Positions 40,016-50,775 of a stretch of 64,000 nt of DNA are shown here, in pieces. A program made the position numbers and the translations under genes. Every line of letters starts with the position of its first letter. Positions within the stretch are counted from its first letter, which is position 1. A model generated the notes under the pieces. The model saw only the letters and a program-made list of their open reading frames with translations, made no database searches and had not been told where the DNA came from. The stretch covers positions 864,001 through 928,000 of the forward strand of contig CBDCMT010000001.1 in NCBI GenBank assembly GCA_965219095.1. The letters are read 5' to 3'. This stretch comes from Bdellovibrionales bacterium. Lineage in GTDB: Bacteria > Bdellovibrionota > Bdellovibrionia > Bdellovibrionales > UBA1609.

Positions 40016-40847
40016 TTTTTTTATAAAGCTCTACTGTATTTTCTAACAGTTGATAAATAGTCATAGGTCCTACACCTCCTGGAACAGGAGTAAAAGCTTT
40101 CACCTTTAAACCTTCACAATCAACATCACCGCATAGCTTTCTTTTACCGTTTTTTCTTCCTAAATCATGAATTCCTACATCAATCACTGTAGCATCAGAT
40201 TTGAAGTAGGTTTTATCAAGAAATTTTTTCTTTCCCACAGCTACAACAACAATATCTGCACTTAAGGTCTCTTTTTTTATATCTTGCGTTTGAGAATGGC
40301 AGATGGTCACAGTAGCTCCTTCGTTTAAAAGGAGTGCAACCATAGGCTTTCCTACAATAGCACTACGACCTAAAACCACAGCCTTTTTTGTTTTTATGGG
40401 GATTTTATAATGAAGAAGTAATTTAAAAATTCCGTAAGGAGTACAGGGTCTTATTCCTGGTTGGTTGAGCCATAAACGAGCTTGGTTTATTAAAGTTAAA
40501 CCATCTACATCTTTTGAAGGTGAAAGGTGATTAAGAATGTTTTGACTATCAAGGTGAGAAGGTAGGGGCAGTTGTAATAAAAGACTATGAATTTGAGGGT
40601 TTCGATTGCATTTATGAATTACTTCTATAAGCTGATCTTGGTTTATCTGAGAATCAAGCTTGATAAGATAGCTTTTAATTCCTGTTTTTTCGCAAGATTT
40701 TATTTTATGATCCACGTAGATCTTGCTGGCAGGATCGTTTCCTACAAGAATAACAGCTAGCTTAGGAGGTGAGGGAAGAGAGGAAATCTCTTGACAAAGA
40801 AATTCTAGTTTCTGAGAACACACTAATTGGCCGTCTATTTTTATCAT
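40008..40847 (-). CDS. folD: Methylene-THF dehydrogenase/cyclohydrolase
   Basis: LLQLPLP, KDVDG, PCTP.G, TPVPGGVGPMT. Confidence 0.97.
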   Translation of the reverse strand: MIKIDGQLVCSQKLEFLCQEISSLPSPPKLAVILVGNDPASKIYVDHKIKSCEKTGIKSYLIKLDSQINQDQLIEVIHKCNRNPQIHSLLLQLPLPSHLDSQNILNHLSPSKDVDGLTLINQARLWLNQPGIRPCTPYGIFKLLLHYKIPIKTKKAVVLGRSAIVGKPMVALLLNEGATVTICHSQTQDIKKETLSADIVVVAVGKKKFLDKTYFKSDATVIDVGIHDLGRKNGKRKLCGDVDCEGLKVKAFTPVPGGVGPMTIYQLLENTVELYKKNG

Positions 40848-40996
40848 TTCTGAATTTTATCATACTATTTGAAAAAAGCCTTTGTCACTTTTAAGACAAA
40901 AAACTCTCCTCCATTTATCAATGCAATGCGACTATTGATTGGAAACTTTAATTAGATTTTCATTGACTTTTTCTCAAAAAAAATCAAAAAATAAGT

Positions 40997-41554
40997 ATGC
41001 CTTTTAAACAACAAGCAAAGAGTTCTTCAATACAGTCTCCTAAGAAGTTTCGTAAGAATCCTGATGTATCAGCTTTTTATCGCCTGCTCTATGAGTATGA
41101 CTTGCGTACAGAGGCCTTTAGAGTTCTCAATGAAATGCTTTTTGAGAGGTTATTTCCAAAGGGAGTTCCAAAAGCTTTGACTCAAGAAGTTGAGAAAAGT
41201 CAAGAAAAACATATTATTAAAGACTCCGAGAATAAAATGGCAAAAACACCCTCCACATTAGTTAAAAAGAAAGGCAAAAAACAAGCTTCAAAATCTAAAA
41301 AGAAAGCTAAAAAACCTGTTCAAAAAAAGAAGGCTAAGAAAACCTCCAAAAAAACTTCTAAGAAAGCTAAGAAGTCCTCTCAAAGAAAGAAGGTTAGAAA
41401 GAGTGTCAAAAAACCTATCAAGAAAGAAGCTAAAATTCAAAAAAAGAAGGCTAAGAAAACCTCCAAAAAAACTTCTAAGAAAGCTAGGAAGTCCTCTCAA
41501 AGAAAGAAAGTTAAGAAGAGTGTCAAAAAACCTATCAAGAAAGCTAAAAAATAG
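40997..41554 (+). CDS. Lysine-rich histone H1-like protein with small N-terminal helical domain
   Basis: K/A/S-rich C-terminus with two 39-aa (117-bp) tandem units starting at 41321 and 41438. Confidence 0.65.
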   Translation: MPFKQQAKSSSIQSPKKFRKNPDVSAFYRLLYEYDLRTEAFRVLNEMLFERLFPKGVPKALTQEVEKSQEKHIIKDSENKMAKTPSTLVKKKGKKQASKSKKKAKKPVQKKKAKKTSKKTSKKAKKSSQRKKVRKSVKKPIKKEAKIQKKKAKKTSKKTSKKARKSSQRKKVKKSVKKPIKKAKK

Positions 41555-41649
41555 GACCTGTCAATCAAATTGTGTAACTGATTTTTTCATTTCAAATTTT
41601 ACCTTATTCTTTAATAATCCTAGAATCAACTTACTGGTCAGAACACTAG
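41555..41649. mobile_element. IS256-like IR stub plus IS630 IR stub
   Basis: GACCTGTCAATCAAATTGTGTAACTGA (related motifs near 8157, 31530, 52200, 53707, 58791); TTACTGGTCAGAACACTAG matches the 53466-54920 end. Confidence 0.6.
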
Positions 41650-41710
41650 AGTTTGAAGAGTTTACAGAAAGGAACAGAAAACTCAGAATCTGGTAAGCCA
41701 ATTAAAAGAG

Positions 41711-42244
41711 TCAACAAGATGATGAGAAGTCACTTTTTTGAAATAAAAAATGAAGATTAAGATTTTCTTTTTTTAAAATATCTATAGCTTTAGTGTCTCT
41801 TAAAATAAGACATACTACATCTGTGATTTGAGCTTTATTTTTTCTTAAAGCTTTAGCACTTTTCACCACTTGCCCTCCTGTAGTGATGACATCTTCTATA
41901 ATGCAAATTTTTTTATTTTCAATACAGGCTCCTTCTGCGAGCTTGCAAGTTCCATAACTTTTTGCTTTCTTTCTCACAAAGGAAAGCGGCTTTTTTAATT
42001 TTAAGGAAAGAGCTGTGGCAAGGGGAATTCCTCCAAGAGTAAGTCCTGCTAAAACCTCTATGTGAGAAGGGATAAGAGGAATTAAGGCTTCACTTATTTT
42101 TTCTAAAAGCTCTGGATCGGATTCAATTTGGTATTTGTCAAAATATTCATCACTAAAGGTCCCTGAACGGAGTTTAAAATGCCCTCTCAAATAGGTTTTT
42201 TTATACACAGCTTGTGCTAATTTTTTATGTTCTGATGAATCCAA
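41711..42244 (-). CDS. pyrE: Orotate phosphoribosyltransferase
   Basis: FKLRSG, RKKAKSYG, IEDVITTGG PRPP loop. Confidence 0.93.
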   Translation of the reverse strand: MDSSEHKKLAQAVYKKTYLRGHFKLRSGTFSDEYFDKYQIESDPELLEKISEALIPLIPSHIEVLAGLTLGGIPLATALSLKLKKPLSFVRKKAKSYGTCKLAEGACIENKKICIIEDVITTGGQVVKSAKALRKNKAQITDVVCLILRDTKAIDILKKENLNLHFLFQKSDFSSSC

Positions 42245-42528
42245 TCTAAAAACTCCTTATGAACTTTATCGACAGAAAAACTTACAATACAAGGGCATTC
42301 ATACTCATGATAAGAAAGGATTTCCTTTTTGACTGTCTCGAAAAGCTCTTTTTTTGTTTTAAAAATTCCGACACACTCTTGAGATTCTTCGACTTTTGAT
42401 TTCCAAGAATAAATAGAGTTTACAGAAGGAAAAAGATTGGCACAAGCAATGAGCTTTTCTTTAACGAGATGGGCGGAGATTTTACGAGCTAGTTCTTGAG
42501 AAGGAAAAGTAGTGTAGATAAAGATCAT
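42217..42528 (-). CDS. cutA: Divalent cation tolerance protein
   Basis: LIACAN, SIYSW, HEYECPCI. Confidence 0.93.
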   Translation of the reverse strand: MIFIYTTFPSQELARKISAHLVKEKLIACANLFPSVNSIYSWKSKVEESQECVGIFKTKKELFETVKKEILSYHEYECPCIVSFSVDKVHKEFLDWIHQNIKN

Positions 42529-43574
42529 GATCTTTTAGGAATATTTTTACTTTTTCTTTTTTCTTTCCATTTTTCAAGGGCTAAGGCTCTCATGTCAGTA
42601 ACACTGTCATATTCATCTACAATCTCTACTCCTAAAAGAGTTTCAATGGCATCCTCTAATGTGATAATTCCTGAGAGAACTCCATAGTTATCTACAACAC
42701 AAAACAAATGTTCTTTTCTTTTAAGAAACTGATCAATAGCAGCTCTTATGGACATTGTCTCAGGAACACTGTGAAGAGGTTTTATAAGATTTTTAAGTGT
42801 CAGGTTATGGAGATCTTGAGAAGATGCTTCTAAGATTTTATAACGGTGTACTACACCTACAATATTGTCTATAGTCTCTTTATAGACAGGAATACGAGAA
42901 AACCGAATGGTTTTATGTCCATCTTTCAAAAAAGTTTGAATTTTTGTGTCTTGTTCAAAAGAGTAGATGACCGTTCGAGGGGTCATGACTTCTGAAACAG
43001 GAATACTATCAAGACAGAGTAAGTTTTTGATGATGACACTTTCTTTTTCTTCTAAAGAGCCTTCACTTGCTCCTATTTGTGCTGTTTCAATCACTTCCTC
43101 TCTCGATAGAGTAAGATCATCGGTTAAAATATCTTTTTTGTATGTCTTTTCAAGAAGAATCACTAATGGATAAGCACAGTAAATCATAAGATGAATGACA
43201 TAACCTGCAAAAGGTACAAGCATCCTCCACTTTCTAGCACCTATACTTTTGGGAATAATTTCTGAAAAAATAAGGATGATGAGTGTTAGGAACACACTAA
43301 AAATGGTTACATAAGTGTTGCCATAAAGTTTTTGTACTTGAGCCCCTACTCCTGCAGCACCTAACATGTTAGCAAAAGTATTCACAGTCAATATAGCTAT
43401 TAAAGATCTTTCTAAATTATCTCGAAGTTTATAAACAAGTTGAGCACTCTTGATTCCTTCTTTAATTTTTACTTTTAAATAAGACGGACGTACAGAAAGA
43501 ATGAAAGATTCAGCTAAACTGCAGGTAAAACTTATTGTAACAGCAAACAGAGCATAAAAGATAATCCCTGTCAT
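42525..43574 (-). CDS. CNNM/DUF21-CBS membrane protein (CorB/TlyC-like)
   Basis: CSLAE, SEIIPK, VMTPR, FSRIPVY, TLEDAIE. Confidence 0.9.
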   Translation of the reverse strand: MTGIIFYALFAVTISFTCSLAESFILSVRPSYLKVKIKEGIKSAQLVYKLRDNLERSLIAILTVNTFANMLGAAGVGAQVQKLYGNTYVTIFSVFLTLIILIFSEIIPKSIGARKWRMLVPFAGYVIHLMIYCAYPLVILLEKTYKKDILTDDLTLSREEVIETAQIGASEGSLEEKESVIIKNLLCLDSIPVSEVMTPRTVIYSFEQDTKIQTFLKDGHKTIRFSRIPVYKETIDNIVGVVHRYKILEASSQDLHNLTLKNLIKPLHSVPETMSIRAAIDQFLKRKEHLFCVVDNYGVLSGIITLEDAIETLLGVEIVDEYDSVTDMRALALEKWKEKRKSKNIPKRS

Positions 43575-43590
43575 AAAGTCAGATCACTTT

Positions 43591-44124
43591 CTAACATTTC
43601 ACCTCATTATCTTGATAGATTAGACTTCCCATAGTACCTTTTTGACCTAAGTATTTACCCTGATAGGGGTGTTTAGCTTTTTGATCCATTTTACAAAAGA
43701 CCATTTGACAAATGCGTCGCCCCCTTTCAAGCTCAATGGGAACTGTGTTAGCATTGTAAAGTTCTAAAGTAATCGTTCCTTTAAAACCAGCGTCCACCCA
43801 GCCTGCGTTTTGTATAAAAAGACCTATACGTCCTATAGAACTTCTTCCTTCTACAAAAGCTGTCAAATCGTCAGGGATTTCAAGATATTCCTCAGTTGTA
43901 GCAAGGATAAACGTTTTAGGTTCAATGGTAAGTTTCTCTGCTTTGTGACTTTTGTACTTAACTTGTTTATCTAATTTAATTGTGTCATCGTCTTCAATCA
44001 TCAAAAACTCATTTCCTAAACGACAATCTAAAGAGGCAGGTTGTATTGAGCTAGACTCAAAGGGTCTGACAATAAGTTTTTTTTGGGTGATGAATTCTAA
44101 AATTGTCCTGTCGGAAAGAATCAT
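43591..44124 (-). CDS. dcd: dCTP deaminase
   Basis: QPASLD, EGRSSIGRIG, DAGFKGTITLE. Confidence 0.95.
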   Translation of the reverse strand: MILSDRTILEFITQKKLIVRPFESSSIQPASLDCRLGNEFLMIEDDDTIKLDKQVKYKSHKAEKLTIEPKTFILATTEEYLEIPDDLTAFVEGRSSIGRIGLFIQNAGWVDAGFKGTITLELYNANTVPIELERGRRICQMVFCKMDQKAKHPYQGKYLGQKGTMGSLIYQDNEVKC

Positions 44125-44129
44125 TTCAA

Positions 44130-46259
44130 TTAAGCTTCTTTTTGTTTTTTCTCTAAATGGATTTTAATAAGATCTTCTTGAACATTACGTGGCACAGCAT
44201 GGTAGCGAGAAAACTCCATAGTGAACTCCCCTTTTCCTTGAGTAGCTGATCTAAGTTCTGTAGAGTAGCCAAACATTTCAGCTAAGGGAACTTCTGCATC
44301 TACAGTCACAAAACCTTCTACAGTTTGTGTGCCTTGAATGATTCCTCGTCTTTGGTTGATTTGCCCCATGATATTTCCCTGGAACTCTTCAGGAGCAGAA
44401 GTTTGAAGTCTCATAATGGGCTCTAAAATGGTGGGAGTAGCCTTTTTATAAGACTCTCTAAAAGCCGCCATAGCACAGATCCGAAAGGCCATCTCACTGG
44501 AGTCAACATCATGAAAAGCCCCATCAACAAGTTCTACTTTAACACCAATCACAGGGGCTTTAATGAGAGAACCTTTTGTCATTTGCTCTTGAAAGCCTTT
44601 ATTGCATGCAGGGATGTACTCTTTAGGAATTCGTCCTCCTGTAATTTTACTATTAAAAATATAAGTTTCTTGGTCATCTTTTAAAGCTAAAGGTTCAATA
44701 GAACCTACAATTTTTGCAAACTGTCCTGCTCCTCCTGTTTGTTTTTTATGAGTATAGTCAAATTCAGCTTTTTGACCAATGGTTTCTCGATAAGCCACTT
44801 GAGGTTGTCCTGCTAAAACTTCACAATCAAACTCTCTTTTCATTCTTTCAATATAAACTTCTAAATGAAGTTCTCCCATACCTGAGATGATTGTTTCATT
44901 GGATTCTTTATCCCGGTGGACTCTCAAAGTAGGATCTTCTTTTTTAAATTTTTGAAGAGCCTTAGAGAAGTTATTGGATTGAGATTTTTCCTTTGGTTTA
45001 ATTGCTAAAGAGATCACAGCATTAGGTACGAACATAGAGGTCATGGACACTCTTATGTTACCGTCAGTAAAAGTGTCTCCCGAAGAACAGTCCACGCCAA
45101 AAGTAGCTACAATATCTCCAGCCTTAGCTTCTATAATATCTTCCATTTCATCAGAATGCATATGAACCAGACGTGGAACTTTAACTTTTTTCCCGTTATT
45201 TACATTATAAATAAAATCTCCTTTTCTAAGAACACCTTGATAAATTCTCATGTAAGTGAGTTGTCCGAAGCGACCGTCTTCAAGTTTAAAAGCTAAAGCC
45301 ACAAGAGGTTTGTCAGGATCAGGGACAAGGTTTACTTTTTCCTCATCCTTATCTTGATTAAGACCTTCATTGCTACATTCAGAAGGGTTAGGAAGGTAAT
45401 CCGCTACTGCATTTAAAAGTAGCTGAACTCCTTTGTTTTTATAAGCTGAACCACAAAAGACAGGAGTAAGTTGTAAAGATAAAGTTCCTTTACGTACAGC
45501 TGTTTTAATCTCTTCTTGAGTAGGCTCTTCTTCCATTAAATATTTTTCACCTAAGGTTTCATCAAAATCTGCTACTTTAGCAATCAATTCTTTCCTCCAT
45601 TTTTGCATTTTTTCAACTAAATTATGAGGGATTTCAGTCTCTTTAACCCTTTCACCGTCATCACCTTCAAAATAATAAGCTTTTTTTGTAATAAGGTCTA
45701 TCACTCCCTCATGTTGATTCTCTAAACCAATAGGAATTTGCATCATAACAGAATTATGCCTTAATTTTTCACGAAGCTGCTCACAAACACGAAAAGGGTT
45801 AGCCCCTGATCGATCCAACTTATTTACAAAAGCAAGGCGAGGAACACTGTAACGCTTCATTTGTCGATCTACAGTAATGGATTGGGACTGAACCCCCGCC
45901 ACACCGCAAAGAACTAAAATAGCTCCATCCAAAACTCTTAAAGAACGTTCTACTTCAATGGTAAAGTCCACATGCCCTGGAGTGTCAATAATGTTAATTT
46001 CAATGTCTTTTTTATCCCATCTTACATTAGTAGCTGCAGACTGGATGGTAATACCCCGTTCTTTTTCCAATTCCATAGAATCCATTTTAGCTCCCACACC
46101 ATCCTTTCCTTTCACATCATGGATGGCATGAATGCGTCCTGTATAAAATAAAACACGCTCTGTGAGTGTTGTTTTTCCTGAATCAATATGAGCTGAAATT
46201 CCTATATTTCTTACTTTTTCAAGCACCCATTTTTGAACCATTTTATTTTTCTCCTTCAA
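44130..46259 (-). CDS. fusA: Elongation factor G (spirochaete/delta/mitochondrial-like type; start probably at MVQKW)
   Basis: [27 protein letters not shown]. Confidence 0.97.
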   Translation of the reverse strand: MKEKNKMVQKWVLEKVRNIGISAHIDSGKTTLTERVLFYTGRIHAIHDVKGKDGVGAKMDSMELEKERGITIQSAATNVRWDKKDIEINIIDTPGHVDFTIEVERSLRVLDGAILVLCGVAGVQSQSITVDRQMKRYSVPRLAFVNKLDRSGANPFRVCEQLREKLRHNSVMMQIPIGLENQHEGVIDLITKKAYYFEGDDGERVKETEIPHNLVEKMQKWRKELIAKVADFDETLGEKYLMEEEPTQEEIKTAVRKGTLSLQLTPVFCGSAYKNKGVQLLLNAVADYLPNPSECSNEGLNQDKDEEKVNLVPDPDKPLVALAFKLEDGRFGQLTYMRIYQGVLRKGDFIYNVNNGKKVKVPRLVHMHSDEMEDIIEAKAGDIVATFGVDCSSGDTFTDGNIRVSMTSMFVPNAVISLAIKPKEKSQSNNFSKALQKFKKEDPTLRVHRDKESNETIISGMGELHLEVYIERMKREFDCEVLAGQPQVAYRETIGQKAEFDYTHKKQTGGAGQFAKIVGSIEPLALKDDQETYIFNSKITGGRIPKEYIPACNKGFQEQMTKGSLIKAPVIGVKVELVDGAFHDVDSSEMAFRICAMAAFRESYKKATPTILEPIMRLQTSAPEEFQGNIMGQINQRRGIIQGTQTVEGFVTVDAEVPLAEMFGYSTELRSATQGKGEFTMEFSRYHAVPRNVQEDLIKIHLEKKQKEA

Positions 46260-46303
46260 CTAAATTAGTATAAATTTACATTAATTTAGTATATGAATTT
46301 ATC

Positions 46304-46990
46304 ATGAAGTCTCTCAAAGAGCAAATCCTAGAATGGGGCTGGCCTGAAGATGAAGAGGTTGGCTGTGTCACAGACTTTACTACTGCTTCTATGCTTGTAG
46401 AAGCCTATAGTTTAGGCCTTTTTCCATGGCCTAGATCTGAGAGGTATGTGCCTTGGACCAGTCCCTTAGAAAGAGGGATTTTAGAGTTTAAAAATTTCCA
46501 TAAACAGAGAAGTTTTTTAAAGTTTTTACCTAAAATCTCAAAATTATGGACTATAAGCTTTGACCGTGCTTTTCAAGCTGTTATTGAAGGTTGTGCTTTA
46601 GCCCACTCTGAGACATGGCTTACAGAAGATCTGAGAAACTCTTACTGTAAGCTTCATGAAAAAGGCCTTGCTCATAGTGTGGAGTGTTGGGAAAAGGACG
46701 AACTTATAGGGGGCCTTTATGGTGTGTTTATTGAGGGCTTTTTTAGTGCGGAAAGTATGTTCTATAAAAAAAGTCAAGCCTCTAAAGTATGCTTTTATTC
46801 TCTTACAAAACATCTTGAAAAAAACAAAATAACTTGGATGGATTTGCAAATGATCACAAGCTTCACTCAGTCTCTAGGAGCTCTCCTTGTTAAAAGGGAT
46901 GAGTTTTATGAAAGGTATTTCCTCCAAAGGGATTTAAAGAAAAAAATTTTTTGGCCTAAAAAGCACAAGTTTGTAGAAGATTATCTTTGA
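46304..46990 (+). CDS. aat: Leucyl/phenylalanyl-tRNA-protein transferase
   Basis: AY..GLFPW, AHSVECW, GGLYGV, ESMF. Confidence 0.94.
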   Translation: MKSLKEQILEWGWPEDEEVGCVTDFTTASMLVEAYSLGLFPWPRSERYVPWTSPLERGILEFKNFHKQRSFLKFLPKISKLWTISFDRAFQAVIEGCALAHSETWLTEDLRNSYCKLHEKGLAHSVECWEKDELIGGLYGVFIEGFFSAESMFYKKSQASKVCFYSLTKHLEKNKITWMDLQMITSFTQSLGALLVKRDEFYERYFLQRDLKKKIFWPKKHKFVEDYL

Positions 46991-47059
46991 GTCTTTATCG
47001 CTCTGTGCCAAAAAATCAAAGTTGTTTTATGGCTTTACAAGTGCTATAAGGGAGGTCTT

Positions 47060-47317
47060 ATGAGAGAAAAACTACATCCTAAGATGAGAGAAATTGTATT
47101 TAAAGATGTTTCTTGTGATTTTTCTTATAAAACCATTTCAACGTTAAAATCTAAGGAGTCTATTGAGTGGGAAGATGGAAAAACCTACCCTCTTGTGTGT
47201 GTGGAAATCTCTAGTGCTTCTCATCCTTTTTATACAGGACAACAAAGGCTTGTGGATACAGAGGGCAGGGCTGAGAAATTCTTTAAAAAATACGGAAAAC
47301 GACACGGTAAAAAGTAA
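47060..47317 (+). CDS. rpmE2: 50S ribosomal protein L31 type B
   Basis: [24 protein letters not shown]. Confidence 0.95.
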   Translation: MREKLHPKMREIVFKDVSCDFSYKTISTLKSKESIEWEDGKTYPLVCVEISSASHPFYTGQQRLVDTEGRAEKFFKKYGKRHGKK

Positions 47318-47903
47318 AAAACTGCCCCTTAGCTTTTATTCCCAAGAAACCACTAAAGTAGCATGTGGGCTTTTAGGAAAAAGGCTTGTACGTATCTTAA
47401 AGAAGCAAAGACTCTCAGGTTTGATTTATGAAGTAGAAGCTTATTTAGGAGTGAGAGATCCTTCTTGTCATACTTATAAAAATAAAAAAAGTTTGCGTAA
47501 TCAAGTTATGTATGAAAAGGGAGGAACATGTTATGTGTACTTTACATATGGTATGCACTACTGCTTCAATGTTGTAACATCTCGAAAGAGTGTTCCTGAA
47601 GCTGTCCTCATTCGTTCTGTATTTCCCTTTGAAGGTGTTCAAAACATGTTCTTTCACAGAAAGCATCTTAAGAGAAAAAAAGACATTGCTAATGGCCCAG
47701 CTAAACTTTGTCAAGCCCTTCAAATAGATAGAAAATTTAACGGAGTGAGTTTAGATAGTGATTTACTTTTTATTGAGAAGGACTTTAAAAAGACAGGAGC
47801 GGTACTTTCTTCCGAAAGAGTAGGGCTTAACCCTTCTTATGATTCCTGTTTTTGGCCTTTAAGATTTTATTTAAAAGAGTATGAATCTCTTATTACAGTT
47901 TAA
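47304..47903 (+). CDS. 3-methyladenine DNA glycosylase (MPG/AAG); start codon unclear
   Basis: [36 protein letters not shown]. Confidence 0.92.
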   Translation, partial: TVKSKKLPLSFYSQETTKVACGLLGKRLVRILKKQRLSGLIYEVEAYLGVRDPSCHTYKNKKSLRNQVMYEKGGTCYVYFTYGMHYCFNVVTSRKSVPEAVLIRSVFPFEGVQNMFFHRKHLKRKKDIANGPAKLCQALQIDRKFNGVSLDSDLLFIEKDFKKTGAVLSSERVGLNPSYDSCFWPLRFYLKEYESLITV

Positions 47904-48955
47904 GAACAAATTTGTGAGAAATCAACAGGAAGGATATTTTTTTTTTCTAGCTGTGAGTTAAACTGAAGTTCCATAAGCTTCCATGTATTCTCCTCTATAG
48001 ATTCAGCATCTTTTTCCTGCACCCTTTTTAACTCACATAAGTTTTTTGCAAGATTTTCGTACTGAGATTTTTCAAAATTAAAAAAAGATAAATTTTGAAT
48101 GATCTTTCTCGAAGCAGAGAAATCTTTTTTTTGAAAAATTTCTATAAAAGAATTCTCAAGAAGTTTTAACGTGTCTTGAGAGTTTTTTGATTTGTTATAA
48201 ATAAGTTGAAGCACAGAAAACTTAGGCTGTCCTTTGATGTCTTTTATTTTTTCTATAATATTTTTTTGCATTTCTATGTCGGAATCCATTCGCAAAAGAA
48301 GGTCTGTTGCATAAATAGAGATATTGTTATTTTGAAGAGAAGTAGCTTCTAAGAGCCACTCTTTTCTTAAAAAATTGAGAGTCTCTGGTAATTTCTCTGA
48401 AGCTACTCCCAGAAAAAGAAGCCCCTTTTCTAAGCTTTGGTGATAGAGAGTTCTTTCAGGGTGAAAATAATCCTCTTTAGCCTGTTTTTGATTGCACCAG
48501 TTGTTTTCCTCATTTAAACAAGAAATAACTTTCTCAGAAAAAACTTGAATGGAATTGGCATATTCTTTAATTTTTTCCGAACTTAGTGCTTCTATCATGT
48601 TCTCTGGATGGTGATAAGAGAGAACTTCTTTTGGCAGAATTTCTTCTGGAGTTTTCTTGTGCGAAAGAGAATCTTCAGATAAGGCTTGAGAAGAATCGTC
48701 TTTACTACCTTTAGAACCTTCTTTACCTTCTGCACTAGATTCTAAATTTTCCCCTTCTTTTTCTTCTAATTCTTCTAAAGAAATTTCTTCACTTTTGCTC
48801 TTTTGTAAGATTTGTGTGGAGCTTTCTTGTCGAAAACTCATCCAAGTAAGAAAACTAAAAAACAAAAATAAAGTTATAATCGGTTTCATTATTGAAATTA
48901 ATCTTTCATATTTTCCATGAGTTGAATTTTTTCTAAGGAACCTGACCAAATCCAT
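47900..48955 (-). CDS. Hypothetical exported helical protein (start probably at MKPII)
   Basis: Long ORF with a signal-like N-terminus; no recognised motif. Confidence 0.6.
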   Translation of the reverse strand: MDLVRFLRKNSTHGKYERLISIMKPIITLFLFFSFLTWMSFRQESSTQILQKSKSEEISLEELEEKEGENLESSAEGKEGSKGSKDDSSQALSEDSLSHKKTPEEILPKEVLSYHHPENMIEALSSEKIKEYANSIQVFSEKVISCLNEENNWCNQKQAKEDYFHPERTLYHQSLEKGLLFLGVASEKLPETLNFLRKEWLLEATSLQNNNISIYATDLLLRMDSDIEMQKNIIEKIKDIKGQPKFSVLQLIYNKSKNSQDTLKLLENSFIEIFQKKDFSASRKIIQNLSFFNFEKSQYENLAKNLCELKRVQEKDAESIEENTWKLMELQFNSQLEKKNILPVDFSQICS

Positions 48956-50775
48956 AGATGTTTTCCTGGATTACCAAAGGGGTTAGAAACTTTGTACCAA
49001 AAAGGAAATCTTATATCTTGAGTATCTTTTTTATCAAAAATCACAACACGAATACTTTTTTTTCGATTAAAGGTTTGGAAAATAATGGTGTCTGCTGTAC
49101 TAGGGCCTTTTCTTAGTCTAATGGATTTTGAAGATTTCAAATAGGCTTGTCCTATAAAATCTGAAAAATTATAAGAAAGAGCTTTATGTTTTATATAAAA
49201 TTGAGTATTTTCTTCAGAAAGTTCGCAGTCAAGACGTATAGGTTTTTCTTTGATGAGGATGTTATTTTTATAAACATAGGCTCTTTGTCCTTTGTATAAA
49301 ATAGGATAATAAGATGTTTTTCTGCCATTGAGTTCTGCTTGGCCCCCTAAGAGAAGAAATCGAGAGTTGAGTGTGGGACTATGGAGTTCAAGAGGTTCAT
49401 TGTTTTTTGTTGTAGGAAGAATTCGAATATTAGTCCTTCTTACAATCAAAGCTTCTCTTGCGGGGTTTAAGAAAATATTATAAAGGGGAAGCTCTACAAT
49501 ACTCCAGGGTTTCTCATATTTTAAAACTTTAATCCCTAGGTTGAATTGAGTGTTATCTATAAAACCGCAGACTCTTTCTTCCCTTTTTTCTGAATAAAAA
49601 GGGACCTCTTCTTTTTTAAGAAAATGAGTGGGTCTGTATTTAAAACGATCGGGAAGTATGAAATTTTTGTTGTTAGAAATATCCATTTTTAAAAGTTCCT
49701 TAAGATATAAGTTTTTTTCTTTTTCGATAACATTGGCTGTAAAAATAGAACGAAAGTTGTAGACAATCTCTTCAAGAACTTTTCTTTCTAAGCTGTTTTC
49801 TGGAAGATATTGATGAAAAAGACTATCTCCTGTTATAATCAAACTATTAAGAGCTTCTTTTAATCTTTTCACTTTAGAATTATTTGGATTTAGGAAGTAA
49901 CAGAATTTTTTGCGAATTCTTTCATTGGTTTTTAATCTTTTGAAGCTCACTAAAGATTTTCCTTGATTGTAATTTGAACTCCAAGTTGTTATTGCTAAGC
50001 GATAATATTTTGTTTCTCTTGTGTAACTTCCATTTATTTTTTGTCCTCGAAAAGGATTTTCAAGAAAGGTGTTAGAAGAACACATTTCGTTAAAGCTGTA
50101 TAAGTTGTTTCTTATAATTTCAAAACCTTCATAAAGTATCTCTAAACCTATATTGATGTTGCGATATGTATCAAAAAGAGTGCTGGGATCGTTAAGGAAG
50201 TTTTTCCAAGTTTTTAAATTGAATTGCATAATCCCTACATCACCACGATGGTACAGTAATTGATAGCTGTTTTCCTTACAATTTTTTACAAAAATAGGAG
50301 AGTAAGTACTTTGAAGAGCTTCTGTAGGAAGTTTCATAAATCGATTGAATTCTTCAATAACATATTGAGATTTTGAAGGGCAAGAGTCTATGCTTTGGGT
50401 TTTTTTAACATGAATAAGACGGCTTTCATGCTGTCCTACAGCTAAAGCTGTAAGTAAAAAAGTGTAGTAGGTGTAGTTTTTATGATATTCAGGATTGTCA
50501 TTATAATAATCTAATCTGACAAGTTTGTCGGCTCCTGTGATAAAGGCAATGAAAATACGACGAACATATTCTGAGAGACCCTTTTCGGTATTATTTTCCA
50601 AATAAATAGGACCTACAGGTTTGATGTCTGAAGCTATATTAATAAAATTTTTATTTTTATCTACAACTTTGAAAGTAGGATATAGAGTGCTTTTCCTATA
50701 AGTATTGAGATTGCTTTGGGCTGAAAAAATCCCAAAAAATAGCATGAGAATTACGAAAAAAATAACTTGCCTCAT
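48898..50775 (-). CDS. Secreted lysozyme/lytic-transglycosylase-like protein with SH3b-like C-terminal domains
   Basis: Signal peptide, QHES and GDVGIMQFN motifs, NIRILPT and IRLRKGPS..WYKV SH3b-like segments. Confidence 0.55.
   Translation of the reverse strand: MRQVIFFVILMLFFGIFSAQSNLNTYRKSTLYPTFKVVDKNKNFINIASDIKPVGPIYLENNTEKGLSEYVRRIFIAFITGADKLVRLDYYNDNPEYHKNYTYYTFLLTALAVGQHESRLIHVKKTQSIDSCPSKSQYVIEEFNRFMKLPTEALQSTYSPIFVKNCKENSYQLLYHRGDVGIMQFNLKTWKNFLNDPSTLFDTYRNINIGLEILYEGFEIIRNNLYSFNEMCSSNTFLENPFRGQKINGSYTRETKYYRLAITTWSSNYNQGKSLVSFKRLKTNERIRKKFCYFLNPNNSKVKRLKEALNSLIITGDSLFHQYLPENSLERKVLEEIVYNFRSIFTANVIEKEKNLYLKELLKMDISNNKNFILPDRFKYRPTHFLKKEEVPFYSEKREERVCGFIDNTQFNLGIKVLKYEKPWSIVELPLYNIFLNPAREALIVRRTNIRILPTTKNNEPLELHSPTLNSRFLLLGGQAELNGRKTSYYPILYKGQRAYVYKNNILIKEKPIRLDCELSEENTQFYIKHKALSYNFSDFIGQAYLKSSKSIRLRKGPSTADTIIFQTFNRKKSIRVVIFDKKDTQDIRFPFWYKVSNPFGNPGKHLWIWSGSLEKIQLMENMKD

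Noticed and set aside
38502..40847. gcvP absent next to gcvT-gcvH
   Set aside because: gcvP is often encoded elsewhere; cannot be judged from one window
47163..47303. N-terminal extension of the glycosylase overlapping rpmE2
   Set aside because: Homology starts near KKLPLSFY; the extension is probably an ORF-caller artefact
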